A DNA stretch of 43,006 nt from a virus. Its lineage: Duplodnaviria > Caudoviricetes. The translations under genes and the position numbers were made by a program. Positions 17,271-26,813 of the stretch are shown here, piece after piece. Every line of letters starts with the position of its first letter. The stretch's first letter is position 1. The DNA is taken from positions 1 to 43,006 of the IMG/VR virus record IMGVR_UViG_3300035492_000412. One strand, 5' to 3'. The notes below the pieces were generated by a model, which was given only the letters and a program-made list of their open reading frames with translations, was not told where the DNA came from and made no database searches.

Positions 17271-18529
17271 ACTGGCTGGCCGACAAGATTGAACAATGGC
17301 CGACCGGCAAGCTGCTGCCCTACGCCCGTAACGCACGCACCCACTCCGAGGAGCAGGTGGCGCAGATCGCTGCCAGCATCGCCGAGTTCGGATTCACCAA
17401 TCCGATCCTGGCGGGCAGCGACGGCATCATCGTCGCTGGCCACGGAAGGCTGGCCGCCGCCCAGAAACTTGGGCTGGCCGTCGTGCCGGTGGTCGTGCTC
17501 GACCACTTGAGCCCGACCCAACGCAGGGCCTTGGTCATTGCCGACAACCGCATCGCCGAGAACGCCGGCTGGGACGACGCGATGTTGCGGGTCGAACTGG
17601 AAGCCTTGCAGCTGGACGGCTTCGACCTGGACATCACCGGGTTCGACGCCGACGCGCTGGCCGAACTGATCGCAGGCGACGAGCCGGACAACGAGGGGCA
17701 GACCGATGAGGATGCGGTGCCCGAGGTCAGCGAGACACCCATCTCGCGTCCGGGCGACGTCTGGATCATGGGTCAGCACCGACTGCTGTGCGGCGACTCG
17801 ACCGTGGCCGAGAGCTACGACCGGCTGATGCAGGGCGACGCGGCGGACATGGTATTCACCGACCCGCCGTACAACGTGAACTACGCCAACAGCGCCAAGG
17901 ACAAGATGCGCGGCAAGGATCGCGCGATCCTGAACGACAACCTGGGCGACGGTTTCTACGATTTCCTGATGGCGGCATTGACGCCCACCGTGGCGCATTG
18001 CCGGGGCGGGATCTACGTGGCGATGTCCTCCAGCGAACTGGATGTGCTGCAGGCCGCCTTCCGCGCTGCCGGTGGCAAATGGTCGACCTTCATCATCTGG
18101 GCCAAGAACACCTTCACGCTCGGCCGCGCCGACTACCAGCGCCAGTACGAGCCCATCCTCTACGGCTGGCCGGAGGGGGCGACACGCCACTGGTGTGGCG
18201 ACCGCGACCAGGGCGACGTCTGGAACATCAAGAAGCCGCAGAAGAACGACCTGCACCCGACGATGAAGCCGGTGGAGTTGGTCGAGCGCGCGATCCGCAA
18301 TTCGAGCCGCCCTGGCAACGTGGTGCTTGACCCGTTTGGTGGCTCGGGCACGACCTTGATCGCCGCAGAGAAGTCAGGCCGCGTTGCGCGGCTGATCGAA
18401 CTCGACCCCAAGTACGTCGACGTTATCGTGCGCCGGTGGGAGGAGTTCACCGGCAAGCAGGCCACCCGCGAGGCGGATGGTGCGGCGCTCGATCAGGCTG
18501 CGAGTGACTCGTCGAGGATCTCGCAGTGA
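17267..18529 (+). CDS. ParB-N-fused DNA adenine methyltransferase (DPPY)
   Basis: ParB-like N-terminus; FTDPPYNV; HPTMKPV; LDPFGGSGTT. Confidence 0.9.
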   Translation: MNWLADKIEQWPTGKLLPYARNARTHSEEQVAQIAASIAEFGFTNPILAGSDGIIVAGHGRLAAAQKLGLAVVPVVVLDHLSPTQRRALVIADNRIAENAGWDDAMLRVELEALQLDGFDLDITGFDADALAELIAGDEPDNEGQTDEDAVPEVSETPISRPGDVWIMGQHRLLCGDSTVAESYDRLMQGDAADMVFTDPPYNVNYANSAKDKMRGKDRAILNDNLGDGFYDFLMAALTPTVAHCRGGIYVAMSSSELDVLQAAFRAAGGKWSTFIIWAKNTFTLGRADYQRQYEPILYGWPEGATRHWCGDRDQGDVWNIKKPQKNDLHPTMKPVELVERAIRNSSRPGNVVLDPFGGSGTTLIAAEKSGRVARLIELDPKYVDVIVRRWEEFTGKQATREADGAALDQAASDSSRISQ

Positions 18530-18861
18530 ATCACAAAGCCCGTCAGGTAAGGCAGGCCGCGCGGGATGCCGTACTGCTTGCTGGTCTGGCGGCCAATCGT
18601 CCAACCCATCCAGCGTTGGGTGGCGGCGTTGATCGCGTCTGCCAGGACTTTGCCCTCGTAAAGCCCGTTCTGGACGTCGTCGGCAAAGTGGCGTCCGTGG
18701 CGGCTGTCGAGGAAGACCCTCACCGATTCGAGGGGCTGGCTGGTGGCGTCCGAGATGGCGGTCATCGCCAGGGGCCATGCGGCACTGGCGTGTTCGTTCA
18801 TCGTGCCCCAAAAGCCCCAGGCTTCGTTCTGGCTGGCGGGGATCTGCGTGGTGGTGTTCAT
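18493..18861 (-). CDS. Small phage hypothetical protein
   Basis: AAGGAG RBS; WGFWGTM...FLDSRHGRHFADDV; preceded by the repeated motif. Confidence 0.75.
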   Translation of the reverse strand: MNTTTQIPASQNEAWGFWGTMNEHASAAWPLAMTAISDATSQPLESVRVFLDSRHGRHFADDVQNGLYEGKVLADAINAATQRWMGWTIGRQTSKQYGIPRGLPYLTGFVIHCEILDESLAA

Positions 18862-18900
18862 CTCTGGCTCCTTCGGGTTGATCGTTGCGACACCCGTAGT

Positions 18901-18928
18901 AACGCGCTGTTCGATTGAGAAGCCAAGC
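18901..18928 (-). promoter_or_regulatory. Repeated upstream motif, copy 1
   Basis: GCTTGGCTT-CTCAATC-GAACAGCGCGTT on the minus strand. Confidence 0.65.
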
Positions 18929-18958
18929 GCCGCTTGGCCTCTTTCTCGATCTTTCTGA

Positions 18959-19540
18959 TCAGGCGATGCGGTAGACCCGCTCGCCGCCTTGCGGCTTGTC
19001 CGAGACGATGGTCAGGCCCAGCTTTTTCTTGAAGGCTCCAGCGAAGGTGCCGCGCACCGTGTGCGCCTGCCAGCCGGTGGCGGTGCAGATCTGACCGATG
19101 GTCGCGCCCTCGGGGCGTTGCAGCATCCGGATCACTTCGGCTTGCTTGCTGTTGTCGCGGGTGCGAGGCGCTTTGATGGGCGTTTTGAAGGATGCCTCGG
19201 CTTGGGCGACAGCGGCTTCGAGCTCTGAGTCCGCGTCTGCGGTGTCGTCCTGCGCCGCTTCTGCGTTGGCAATGATCGCGTCGAGTTTGGCCTCGAACTT
19301 GGAGATGTGCTCGGCGTTGACGTGGGGGCGCTTCATGCCCAAGGCGTCGTAGCCCTCGGCGGCGACGCACCAGCCCTCGCCATCGGGCGTGATCAAGGCG
19401 CGGTTGAAAAGGCCGTCGAGCACCTTTTTGCGCGCGCCGCCTTTGATGTGGTCGGGGAACCAGTCGATCTTGCCGCCGCTGGTGTTGATGGCCTTGGCGA
19501 GGATGGCGTGCTGGGCCGGGGTGAGTTGGGTGGTGGTCAT
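18959..19540 (-). CDS. DUF3489-like protein
   Basis: AAGGAG RBS, ATG at 19540; SKQAEVIRMLQRPEGATI..I..ATGWQAHTVRG...KKKLGL...RVYRI. Confidence 0.8.
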   Translation of the reverse strand: MTTTQLTPAQHAILAKAINTSGGKIDWFPDHIKGGARKKVLDGLFNRALITPDGEGWCVAAEGYDALGMKRPHVNAEHISKFEAKLDAIIANAEAAQDDTADADSELEAAVAQAEASFKTPIKAPRTRDNSKQAEVIRMLQRPEGATIGQICTATGWQAHTVRGTFAGAFKKKLGLTIVSDKPQGGERVYRIA

Positions 19541-19577
19541 GGGCTGCTCCTTCGGGGTGGTGGATGACGATGTGATG

Positions 19578-19605
19578 AACGCGCTGTTCGGGAGTGAAGC
19601 CAAGC
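19578..19605 (-). promoter_or_regulatory. Repeated upstream motif, copy 2
   Basis: GCTTGGCTT-CACTCCC-GAACAGCGCGTT(CATCAC) on the minus strand. Confidence 0.65.
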
Positions 19606-19646
19606 GCTTTCTGCTTGATGGCTGACTTGGCTTCGCGGTTTTCCTA

Positions 19647-19853
19647 TCAGTCCTTGGCGATTTCCGCTTCCGAGGCCTTCGGGCTCGCTGCGCCGAGTTC
19701 GACACCCGCCTTGAAGGCCGCTTCCAGCGCGTCCTTGAGGCACCAAACCGCCGTGTCGTGGAAGTCCAGGCTGTCTGCGTGGCGGGTTTGCAGGGTGTCG
19801 ATGCCGAGATGCTTCTGGGCGATCAGGGTCAGGATGGCGTCGATCTGGTTCAT
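19647..19853 (-). CDS. DUF6900-like small protein
   Basis: IAQKHLGIDTLQTRHADSLDFHDTAVWCLKDALEAAF.AG; AAAGGA RBS. Confidence 0.75.
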   Translation of the reverse strand: MNQIDAILTLIAQKHLGIDTLQTRHADSLDFHDTAVWCLKDALEAAFKAGVELGAASPKASEAEIAKD

Positions 19854-19892
19854 GGCAGGTTCCTTTCGGGTGGGTGATTGCGTGACGTGATG

Positions 19893-19920
19893 AACGCGCT
19901 GTTCCCGATGGAAGCCAAGC
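19893..19920 (-). promoter_or_regulatory. Repeated upstream motif, copy 3
   Basis: GCTTGGCTT-CCATCGG-GAACAGCGCGTT(CATCAC) on the minus strand. Confidence 0.65.
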
Positions 19921-19975
19921 TCAATCCGCAGGCGAATTTGGCAAACGAGCGAACAGATGATTGAAGAAGGTGACG

Positions 19976-20521
19976 ATGGGACTTTCGATTCGCGCCTACG
20001 CGCGCCACCGTGGCGTGTCGCACGTGGCCGTGAAGAAGGCCATCGACACCGGGCGAATCACCGCACTGCCTGACGGCACGATTGATCCGGATGCGGCGGA
20101 CGCCCAGTGGGCACAAAACCCATTGCAGCCCCGTAGGGCCCCAGCGCCGGAGAAGGCCAGTACTGCGAAGGCGCGCGTGCTCCCCGAGCGCGAGGTGCCC
20201 GAAGCCGGCTCCACGCCGTTGTCGACGGGCGGCACATCCCTGTTGCAGGCGCGCACGGTCAACGAGGTGCTCAAGGCCAAGCTCAACAACCTGGAGCTGG
20301 CACACCGCAAGAAGGAACTGGTGGATCGGGCGCAGGCGGTGGCCCACGTTTTCAAGCTCGCGCGCATCGAGCGCGATGCGTGGTTGAACTGGCCTGCGCG
20401 GGTCTCCGGCCAGATGGCGTCCACGCTCGGCATCGACGCGCACCAAATGCACGTGGCGCTCGAATCTGCCGTGCGTGAGCACTTGATCGAACTGGGCGAG
20501 CTGCGCCCCAGAGTCGATTGA
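19976..20521 (+). CDS. Terminase small subunit (Nu1-like)
   Basis: N-terminal HTH SIRAYARHRGVSHVAVKKAI.TGRI, coiled coil and ELVDR; immediately upstream of the large terminase. Confidence 0.75.
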   Translation: MGLSIRAYARHRGVSHVAVKKAIDTGRITALPDGTIDPDAADAQWAQNPLQPRRAPAPEKASTAKARVLPEREVPEAGSTPLSTGGTSLLQARTVNEVLKAKLNNLELAHRKKELVDRAQAVAHVFKLARIERDAWLNWPARVSGQMASTLGIDAHQMHVALESAVREHLIELGELRPRVD

Positions 20522-20531
20522 CCTGGGATGG

Positions 20532-22481
20532 ATGACGATGAACTACGAAGGCGCGCAGGAGATCGAACGTGCGTGGCGCGACGGGATCACTCCCGACCCA
20601 CTGCTCACGGTGTCGGAATGGTCAGATCGGCACCGGATGCTCTCCAGCAAGGCATCGGCCGAGCCGGGGCGCTGGCGCACCAGCCGCACGCCGTACCTGA
20701 AGGACATCATGGATTGCCTGTCGCCGACCTCTCCGGTCGAGCGGGTGGTGTTCATGAAAGCAGCGCAGCTCGGTGCGACCGAGATGGGGTCGAACTGGAT
20801 CGGCTACGTCATCCACCACGCGCCCGGGCCGATGATGGCTGTGTGGCCGACGGTGGAGATGGCCAAGCGCAACTCCAAGCAGCGGATTGACCCGCTGATC
20901 GAGGAGTCGTCCGCCTTGGCCGAACTGATCGCCCCGGCGCGCTCACGCGACTCGGGCAATACGATTCTGGCGAAGGAATTCCGGGGTGGCGTGCTGGTGA
21001 TGACCGGCGCGAACAGCGCGGTGGGTCTGCGCTCGATGCCGGTGCGCTACCTGTTCCTCGACGAGGTCGACGGCTATCCGCTGGACGTCGAGGGCGAAGG
21101 CGACGCGATCTCGCTGGCCGAGGCGCGCACGCGCACCTTTGCTCGGCGCAAGATCTTCATCGTCTCGACGCCGACGATCTCGGGCGCCTCGGCCATCGAG
21201 CGCGAGTACGAGGCCAGCGATCAGCGCCGCTACTTCGTGCCGTGCCCGCACTGCAACCACCCGCAGTGGTTGCACTTCGAGCAACTGCGCTGGGACAAAG
21301 GCGCGCCAGAGACGGCGGCCTACATCTGCGAGTCCTGCGACACCGCGATTTCCGAGCATCACAAGACGTGGATGCTGGAGCGTGGCGAATGGCGCGCAAC
21401 AGCCGACGGTAAGACGGCAGGCTTTCACCTGTCGTCGCTGTACAGCCCGGTGGGCTGGCGCTCCTGGCGCGACATCGCTGCCGCGTGGGAAGCCGCTGTC
21501 AACCAGGAGTCGGGATCGGCCGCCGCGATCAAGACCTTCAAGAACACCGAACTGGGCGAGACCTGGGTCGAGGAAGGCGAAGCGCCCGACTGGCAACGGC
21601 TGGTCGAGCGCCGCGAGGAGTACCGCATCGGCAGCGTGCCGCAAGGCGGTCTGCTGCTGGTTGGCGGCGCGGACGTGCAGAAGGACCGCATTGAGGCTTC
21701 GGTCTGGGCCTTCGGTCGCGGCAAGGAGGCCTGGCTCATCGAGCACCGGGTGCTGATGGGCGACACCGCCCGCGATACCGTCTGGAAACATCTGGCCGAA
21801 ATGCTCTCCGAATCGTGGACACACGCCTCGGGCGCGGTGATGCCGCTGGCGCGCTTCGCGCTGGACACCGGCTTTGCCACGCAGGAGGCCTACGCCTTTG
21901 TACGGTCCTGCCGGGATTCGCGGGTGATGGCGGTCAAGGGCGTGGCGCGTGGCGCGGCCTTGATCGGCACCCCGACAGCCGTCGACACGACTCAGGGCGG
22001 CAAGAAGCTGCGCCGGGGTATCAAGGTGTTCTCTGTAGCGGGCGGGATCGCCAAGCTCGAGCTCTACAACAACCTGCGCAAGAGCGCGGATGTGAGCGAG
22101 GACGGATTGACGCCGGTGTTTCCGGCCGGGTTCGTCCACCTCCCAAAGATCGATGCGGAGTTCATTCAGCAGCTCTGCGCCGAGCAACTGATCACCCGCC
22201 GCGACCGCAACGGCTTCCCGGTGCGCGAGTGGCAAAAGATGCGCGAGCGTAACGAAGCGCTCGACTGCTACGTCTACGCCCGGGCGGCGGCCTCTGCCGC
22301 CGGGCTGGACCGGTTTGAAGAGCGCCACTGGCGCGAGCTTGAACGACAACTGGGAATGGCAGAGCTGCCTGAGTCCAAACCCATCACCACCACTGACGAG
22401 GCCACCCAACGCGGTGGCCTCGCCGTTTCTGGAACCGGTCGCCGCGCACGCCAGGTGGTGCGCAGCCGCTGGTTCTCCTGA
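20532..22481 (+). CDS. Terminase large subunit, lambda GpA family
   Basis: MKAAQLGATE, LFLDEVD, STPT, VPCPHC, FKNTELGETW, GADVQKDR, NEALDC.VYA. Confidence 0.93.
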   Translation: MTMNYEGAQEIERAWRDGITPDPLLTVSEWSDRHRMLSSKASAEPGRWRTSRTPYLKDIMDCLSPTSPVERVVFMKAAQLGATEMGSNWIGYVIHHAPGPMMAVWPTVEMAKRNSKQRIDPLIEESSALAELIAPARSRDSGNTILAKEFRGGVLVMTGANSAVGLRSMPVRYLFLDEVDGYPLDVEGEGDAISLAEARTRTFARRKIFIVSTPTISGASAIEREYEASDQRRYFVPCPHCNHPQWLHFEQLRWDKGAPETAAYICESCDTAISEHHKTWMLERGEWRATADGKTAGFHLSSLYSPVGWRSWRDIAAAWEAAVNQESGSAAAIKTFKNTELGETWVEEGEAPDWQRLVERREEYRIGSVPQGGLLLVGGADVQKDRIEASVWAFGRGKEAWLIEHRVLMGDTARDTVWKHLAEMLSESWTHASGAVMPLARFALDTGFATQEAYAFVRSCRDSRVMAVKGVARGAALIGTPTAVDTTQGGKKLRRGIKVFSVAGGIAKLELYNNLRKSADVSEDGLTPVFPAGFVHLPKIDAEFIQQLCAEQLITRRDRNGFPVREWQKMRERNEALDCYVYARAAASAAGLDRFEERHWRELERQLGMAELPESKPITTTDEATQRGGLAVSGTGRRARQVVRSRWFS

Positions 22482-22498
22482 TCGACAAAGGAAACCGT

Positions 22499-22990
22499 AT
22501 GAGTTTGCAGACCCGAATCGAGAGTCTGGTGATTCGTCTTGCGCAGGAATTCAACACCCTGCACGCCAAGACCGGCACGTTGGCGAGTCTGTCGACCACG
22601 GACAAGTCCAGCCTGGTCGCAGCCATCAATGAACTCCAGGCCAGCATCGTTGCGGGGTCGGGCATCGATGACAACGCTGTGGGACTGGGTTCGACCTACT
22701 CGTCGAGCAAGATCGTTTCGCTGCTGGACAACCTCAAGGCCGAGATCGTGGGCGACGCGGACGCAGCCTACGACACCTTGCTCAAGATTCAGCAACTGCT
22801 GCAAGACGGTACCAGCGGACTCGACGCCCTGCTGGTGGCTGTGAATCACCGTGTTCGTTTCGACGCGCCGCAGACCTTGTCCTCCGTCGAGCGCCAGCAG
22901 GCCCTGGACAACCTGGGTGCGGTTTCGGCTGACGCCGTCGGCAATACGGATGCCGATTTCGTGGCGATCTTCGAGGGGGCGCTGGTCTGA
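22499..22990 (+). CDS. Fibre-like structural protein
   Basis: AAGGA RBS; GTLASLSTTDKSSLVAAINEL fibre-shaft-like motif; located in the head module. Confidence 0.6.
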   Translation: MSLQTRIESLVIRLAQEFNTLHAKTGTLASLSTTDKSSLVAAINELQASIVAGSGIDDNAVGLGSTYSSSKIVSLLDNLKAEIVGDADAAYDTLLKIQQLLQDGTSGLDALLVAVNHRVRFDAPQTLSSVERQQALDNLGAVSADAVGNTDADFVAIFEGALV

Positions 22991-23382
22991 TGTCGCTCTC
23001 CACCCGCATTTCTGCGCTGGCCCAGCGCATCGGTCTTGAAGTCCGCAGCAAGGCAGACGTTACCGATCCCGGGTTGGCACGCGCCTGGATCGGCTTCGGT
23101 TATCTCGACAACGCCCTGGTGACGTACCGCGCCTTCAATGTCAGCGAGGTGCAACGCCTGGGGGCGGGTCGCTACCGCGTCTGGTTCGCCGTACCGATGC
23201 CCGATGCCCACTACTGCTGGATGGCGCTCGCGCGCAGCAACAGCAACAGCGGCACCCAGCGCACCGCCGTCGTCCGCGCAACGGACGACACCAAAACACC
23301 CCAATACGTCGACGTCAGTGTCGCTGCCGGTAACGGATCGACGGCGGACACGACCGAACTCAACCTTGTGGTCTGGCACTGA
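22990..23382 (+). CDS. Fibre-tip-like structural protein
   Basis: TGATG coupling; ARAWIGF...AFNVSEV...G.GRYRVWF..PMPDAHY resembles fibre C-terminal domains. Confidence 0.6.
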   Translation: MSLSTRISALAQRIGLEVRSKADVTDPGLARAWIGFGYLDNALVTYRAFNVSEVQRLGAGRYRVWFAVPMPDAHYCWMALARSNSNSGTQRTAVVRATDDTKTPQYVDVSVAAGNGSTADTTELNLVVWH

Positions 23383-23603
23383 TGGCGTACACCCAGGAAC
23401 ACCTCGAGACACTGCAAGCGGCGCTCGCCAAAGGCGAGAAGCGGGTGAGCTTTGGCGACAAGACCATCGAGTACCGCTCTGTCGATGAACTGAAGGCTGC
23501 GATCGAGGCGGTCAAGCGCGATCTGCATACCCAGGCGGTCGCCACCGGACTGTGGCCTGGCGCGCCGCGTCAGATCCAGGTCCAGACGCGTAAAGGCAGT
23601 TGA
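23382..23603 (+). CDS. gpW-like head-tail joining protein
   Basis: 73 aa; ALAKGEKRVSFGDKTIEYRSVDELKAAI; between terminase and portal. Confidence 0.75.
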   Translation: MAYTQEHLETLQAALAKGEKRVSFGDKTIEYRSVDELKAAIEAVKRDLHTQAVATGLWPGAPRQIQVQTRKGS

Positions 23604-23615
23604 GGAGCGAGCCCA

Positions 23616-24008
23616 ATGAACGACACGCTCGACTGGCGCCGATACCCCAACTTCCAGCCGCAGGAGTTTCGCTGCAAACACACCGGCCGGCTTCAGATGG
23701 ACGCGGGGTTTATGGATCGTCTGCAAGAACTTCGCCGTGCCTATGGCCGCCCGATGTTGATCACCAGCGGCTATCGGGACCGCAGCCATCCGGTTGAGGC
23801 CAGCAAAAGCGCACCGGGGCCACACGCACTGGGCCGCGCTTGTGACGTGGCGGTCTCTGGCGCGGACGCCCTCACGCTCATCACCTTGGCGGTGCGTCAT
23901 GGCTTCACGGGCATTGGCGTGCAGCAAAAAGGCGCCAGCCGATTCATCCATCTCGACGATCTGGAGGCTGCCGCGCAGCGTCCGCGTCCCACGATCTGGA
24001 GTTACTGA
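23616..24008 (+). CDS. Peptidase M15A family Zn metallopeptidase
   Basis: NF...EFRCK, ITSGYR, H..GRACD, FIHLD. Confidence 0.82.
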   Translation: MNDTLDWRRYPNFQPQEFRCKHTGRLQMDAGFMDRLQELRRAYGRPMLITSGYRDRSHPVEASKSAPGPHALGRACDVAVSGADALTLITLAVRHGFTGIGVQQKGASRFIHLDDLEAAAQRPRPTIWSY

Positions 24009-25489
24009 TGAGCTGGTTTGCCACGCTCAAGCGCCGGATGCTGGGCGCCACGCCCACCTATGACGGTGTCGGCGGTGGTCGGCGGGCCATCGCGTGGCAG
24101 GTCGGCAACCCGGGTGCGGTCGCGGCACTGGCCTTCACCCAGAACGAACTGCGCGCCAAGAGCCGGGATCTCATTCGCCGTAACGCGTGGGCCGCCGCCG
24201 GGGTGGAAGCCTTCGTGGCCAACGCGATCGGCACGGGGATCAAGCCGCAGTCGATGCTGACGGACAACGCACGGCGCGAGGCCATCCACAGCTTGTGGTG
24301 GGACTGGTGCGAGGAGGCTGATGCTGCGGGGCTGACCGATTTCTACGGCCTGCAGTCCTTGGCGTGCCGCGCGATGATCGAGGGCGGTGAGGCGCTGGTC
24401 CGGCTGCGTTGGCGACGTCCAGAGGACGGGCTTGCGGTCGGTCTGCAGCTGCAGGTGCTGGAGCCAGAGCACCTACCCGCGACCCTCAACCAAGAGCTCG
24501 CCGGGGGCAACGTTGTTCGGGCGGGCATCGAGTTCGATCGTCTCGGGCGTCGTGTGGCCTACCACCTGTACCGGTCCCACCCGGGTGATGGCGCCTTGGC
24601 GCCGATGTCCGGCACGGGTGGCATGGACACCGTGCGTGTGCCGGCCTCCGAGATCATCCACCTGTTCCGCCCGCTGCGCCCGGGCCAGATCCGGGGCGAG
24701 CCCTGGTTGGCGCGCGCCCTGGTCAAGCTCTACGAACTGGACCAGTACGACGACGCTGAACTGGTGCGCAAGAAGACAGCCGCGATGTTTGCAGGCTTCA
24801 TCACGCGGCTCTCGCCCGAGGACAGCCTGATGGGTGAAGGGTTGCCCGATGCCAATGGGGCGGCGTTGGCTGGGCTGGAGCCGGGAACGATGCAGATCCT
24901 GGAGCCTGGCGAGGACGTCAAGTTCAGCCAACCGGCAGACGTCGGCGCCAGTTACGCCGAGTTCCTGCGCATGCAGTTCCGGGCCGTCGCCGCCGCGATG
25001 GGCATCACCTACGAGATGCTGACCGGCGATCTGACGCAGGTGAACTACTCGTCGATCCGCGCCGGATTGCTGGAGTTTCGCCGCCGCTGCGAAGCGATCC
25101 AGCATGGTGTGATCGTCCACCAGCTATGCCGTCCGATCTGGCGGGCATGGATGGAACAAGCGGCGCTCGAAGGCGCACTTGATCTCCCCGGTTTCAGCAA
25201 CCGCAAGCGGCAGTACCTCGCCGCCAAATGGATTCCGCAGGGCTGGCAGTGGGTCGATCCGAAGAAGGAGTTCGACGCGATGCTCACCGCCATCCGCGCC
25301 GGACTGCTCTCGCGCTCCGAAGCCATATCCGCCTTCGGCTACGACGCCGAAGACATCGACCGCGAGATCGCAGCCGACAACCAGCGGGCCGACGAACTCG
25401 GCCTGGTCTTCGATTCCGACCCGCGCCACGACAAAGCGCCCATCGCTACGGCCACCCCGGCTGCGGCGCAAGAACCCCAGGAGAACTGA
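24008..25489 (+). CDS. Lambda-family portal protein
   Basis: LRAKSRDLIRRN, GIEFDRLGRRVAYH, RPGQIRGEPW, TGDLTQVNYSSIRAG, WVDPKKE. Confidence 0.93.
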   Translation: MSWFATLKRRMLGATPTYDGVGGGRRAIAWQVGNPGAVAALAFTQNELRAKSRDLIRRNAWAAAGVEAFVANAIGTGIKPQSMLTDNARREAIHSLWWDWCEEADAAGLTDFYGLQSLACRAMIEGGEALVRLRWRRPEDGLAVGLQLQVLEPEHLPATLNQELAGGNVVRAGIEFDRLGRRVAYHLYRSHPGDGALAPMSGTGGMDTVRVPASEIIHLFRPLRPGQIRGEPWLARALVKLYELDQYDDAELVRKKTAAMFAGFITRLSPEDSLMGEGLPDANGAALAGLEPGTMQILEPGEDVKFSQPADVGASYAEFLRMQFRAVAAAMGITYEMLTGDLTQVNYSSIRAGLLEFRRRCEAIQHGVIVHQLCRPIWRAWMEQAALEGALDLPGFSNRKRQYLAAKWIPQGWQWVDPKKEFDAMLTAIRAGLLSRSEAISAFGYDAEDIDREIAADNQRADELGLVFDSDPRHDKAPIATATPAAAQEPQEN

Positions 25490-25490
25490 T

Positions 25491-26810
25491 ATGCAGCTCG
25501 TACACCTGGCGTCCCGGATCGTTGGGACGCCGCTTCTCATTGCCCGTTCGAAACTGGACGTGATCCTGTCGGTCCTCGGTCCACGCATCGGACTGCCGGA
25601 CATCGATGCCGCCGTCCCGCTACCCGCCCCAAAAACCAGCACTGGAGCCGAGCAGACCGGCATCGCGATTATCCCGGTGTACGGCACGCTGGTGCGTCGG
25701 GCGTTGGGACTGGAGGCGGCATCTGGTCTGACGTCCTATGGCGAGATCGCCGCACGCCTCGACGCGGCACTCGCGGACCCACAGGTGAGCGGCATCCTGC
25801 TCGACCTCGACTCCCCCGGTGGTGAGGCCGGTGGCGTGTTTGAGCTGGCCGAGCGGATTCGCGCCGCCAACGCCATCAAGCCGGTTTGGGCCCATGCCAA
25901 CGACTCGGCCTACTCGGCGGCTTACGCCATCGCGGCCGCTGCATCGCGCCTGACCTTGTCGCAAACCGCTGGGGTGGGCTCGATCGGCGTCATTGCCCTA
26001 CACGTCGACCAGTCCATCAAGGATGCCAAGGACGGCATGGCTTACACGGCGATCTACGCCGGACATCACAAGAACGACTTCTCTCCCCACGCGCCGCTCT
26101 CGCCCCAGGCGGCTTCGACCCTGCAGTCGGAAGTAGATCGGCTCTACGGGATCTTCGTCAGTCAGGTCGCGCAGATGCGCGGCCTCGACAGCGATGCCGT
26201 GCGGGCAACCGAAGCCGGCCTGCTGTTCGGTGAGGCTGCCGTGACGGCAGGTCTGGCCGACGCCGTGATGGGTTTCGACCAGGTCCTGGTCGAGTTCGCC
26301 AGCGCACTCGATGCGCAACGCCGGCTGGCAACACCCAGTACGGGCCCAGCAAAGCGCGGCCCACTCGCCCGTGCCTCGCCCCCGCCACGGAGCGTAAGTC
26401 CGTCGCTTTCCAGCCATCACCCCTCTCATTTGGAGCAGACCATGACCGATCACGAAGACCCCATTTCCCAGGATGATCCCTCGCCTGAAGCCACCCCTGA
26501 TCCGGCGGATACCCCGTTGCAGGTGCCTGCCGCAACGCCAATGGCCGCCACATTGGCGGGAGCGCCCACCAACGGGCGGATCGAGGCACAGGCCATCGCC
26601 GAAATCTGTCTGATCGCTGGCATGCCGCAGCGCACGGCCGAATTCCTCGCCGCTGGCTACACCGAGGCCCAGGTTCGCCGCGCACTGATCGAGGCGCGTG
26701 CCGAGCAGCCTGAAATCGCGTCGCGCATTACCGCCGATGCAGGAACCACCGCGCGACCGGAGAGCAGCCCGGTCGTTGCTGCCGTCAAAAAACTCGTCAC
26801 GAAGGAGTAA
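25491..26810 (+). CDS. S49 capsid maturation protease (gpC-like)
   Basis: LDLDSPGGEAGG, AYSAAYAIAAAA, GVGSIGVI, GLAD. Confidence 0.9.
   Translation: MQLVHLASRIVGTPLLIARSKLDVILSVLGPRIGLPDIDAAVPLPAPKTSTGAEQTGIAIIPVYGTLVRRALGLEAASGLTSYGEIAARLDAALADPQVSGILLDLDSPGGEAGGVFELAERIRAANAIKPVWAHANDSAYSAAYAIAAAASRLTLSQTAGVGSIGVIALHVDQSIKDAKDGMAYTAIYAGHHKNDFSPHAPLSPQAASTLQSEVDRLYGIFVSQVAQMRGLDSDAVRATEAGLLFGEAAVTAGLADAVMGFDQVLVEFASALDAQRRLATPSTGPAKRGPLARASPPPRSVSPSLSSHHPSHLEQTMTDHEDPISQDDPSPEATPDPADTPLQVPAATPMAATLAGAPTNGRIEAQAIAEICLIAGMPQRTAEFLAAGYTEAQVRRALIEARAEQPEIASRITADAGTTARPESSPVVAAVKKLVTKE
26442..26810 (+). CDS. Probable nested scaffolding protein (Nu3-like), in frame within the protease gene
   Basis: GGAG RBS before in-frame ATG 26442, after a Pro/Ser linker; same arrangement as lambda C/Nu3. 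Confidence 0.5.
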   Translation: MTDHEDPISQDDPSPEATPDPADTPLQVPAATPMAATLAGAPTNGRIEAQAIAEICLIAGMPQRTAEFLAAGYTEAQVRRALIEARAEQPEIASRITADAGTTARPESSPVVAAVKKLVTKE

Positions 26811-26813
26811 GCC

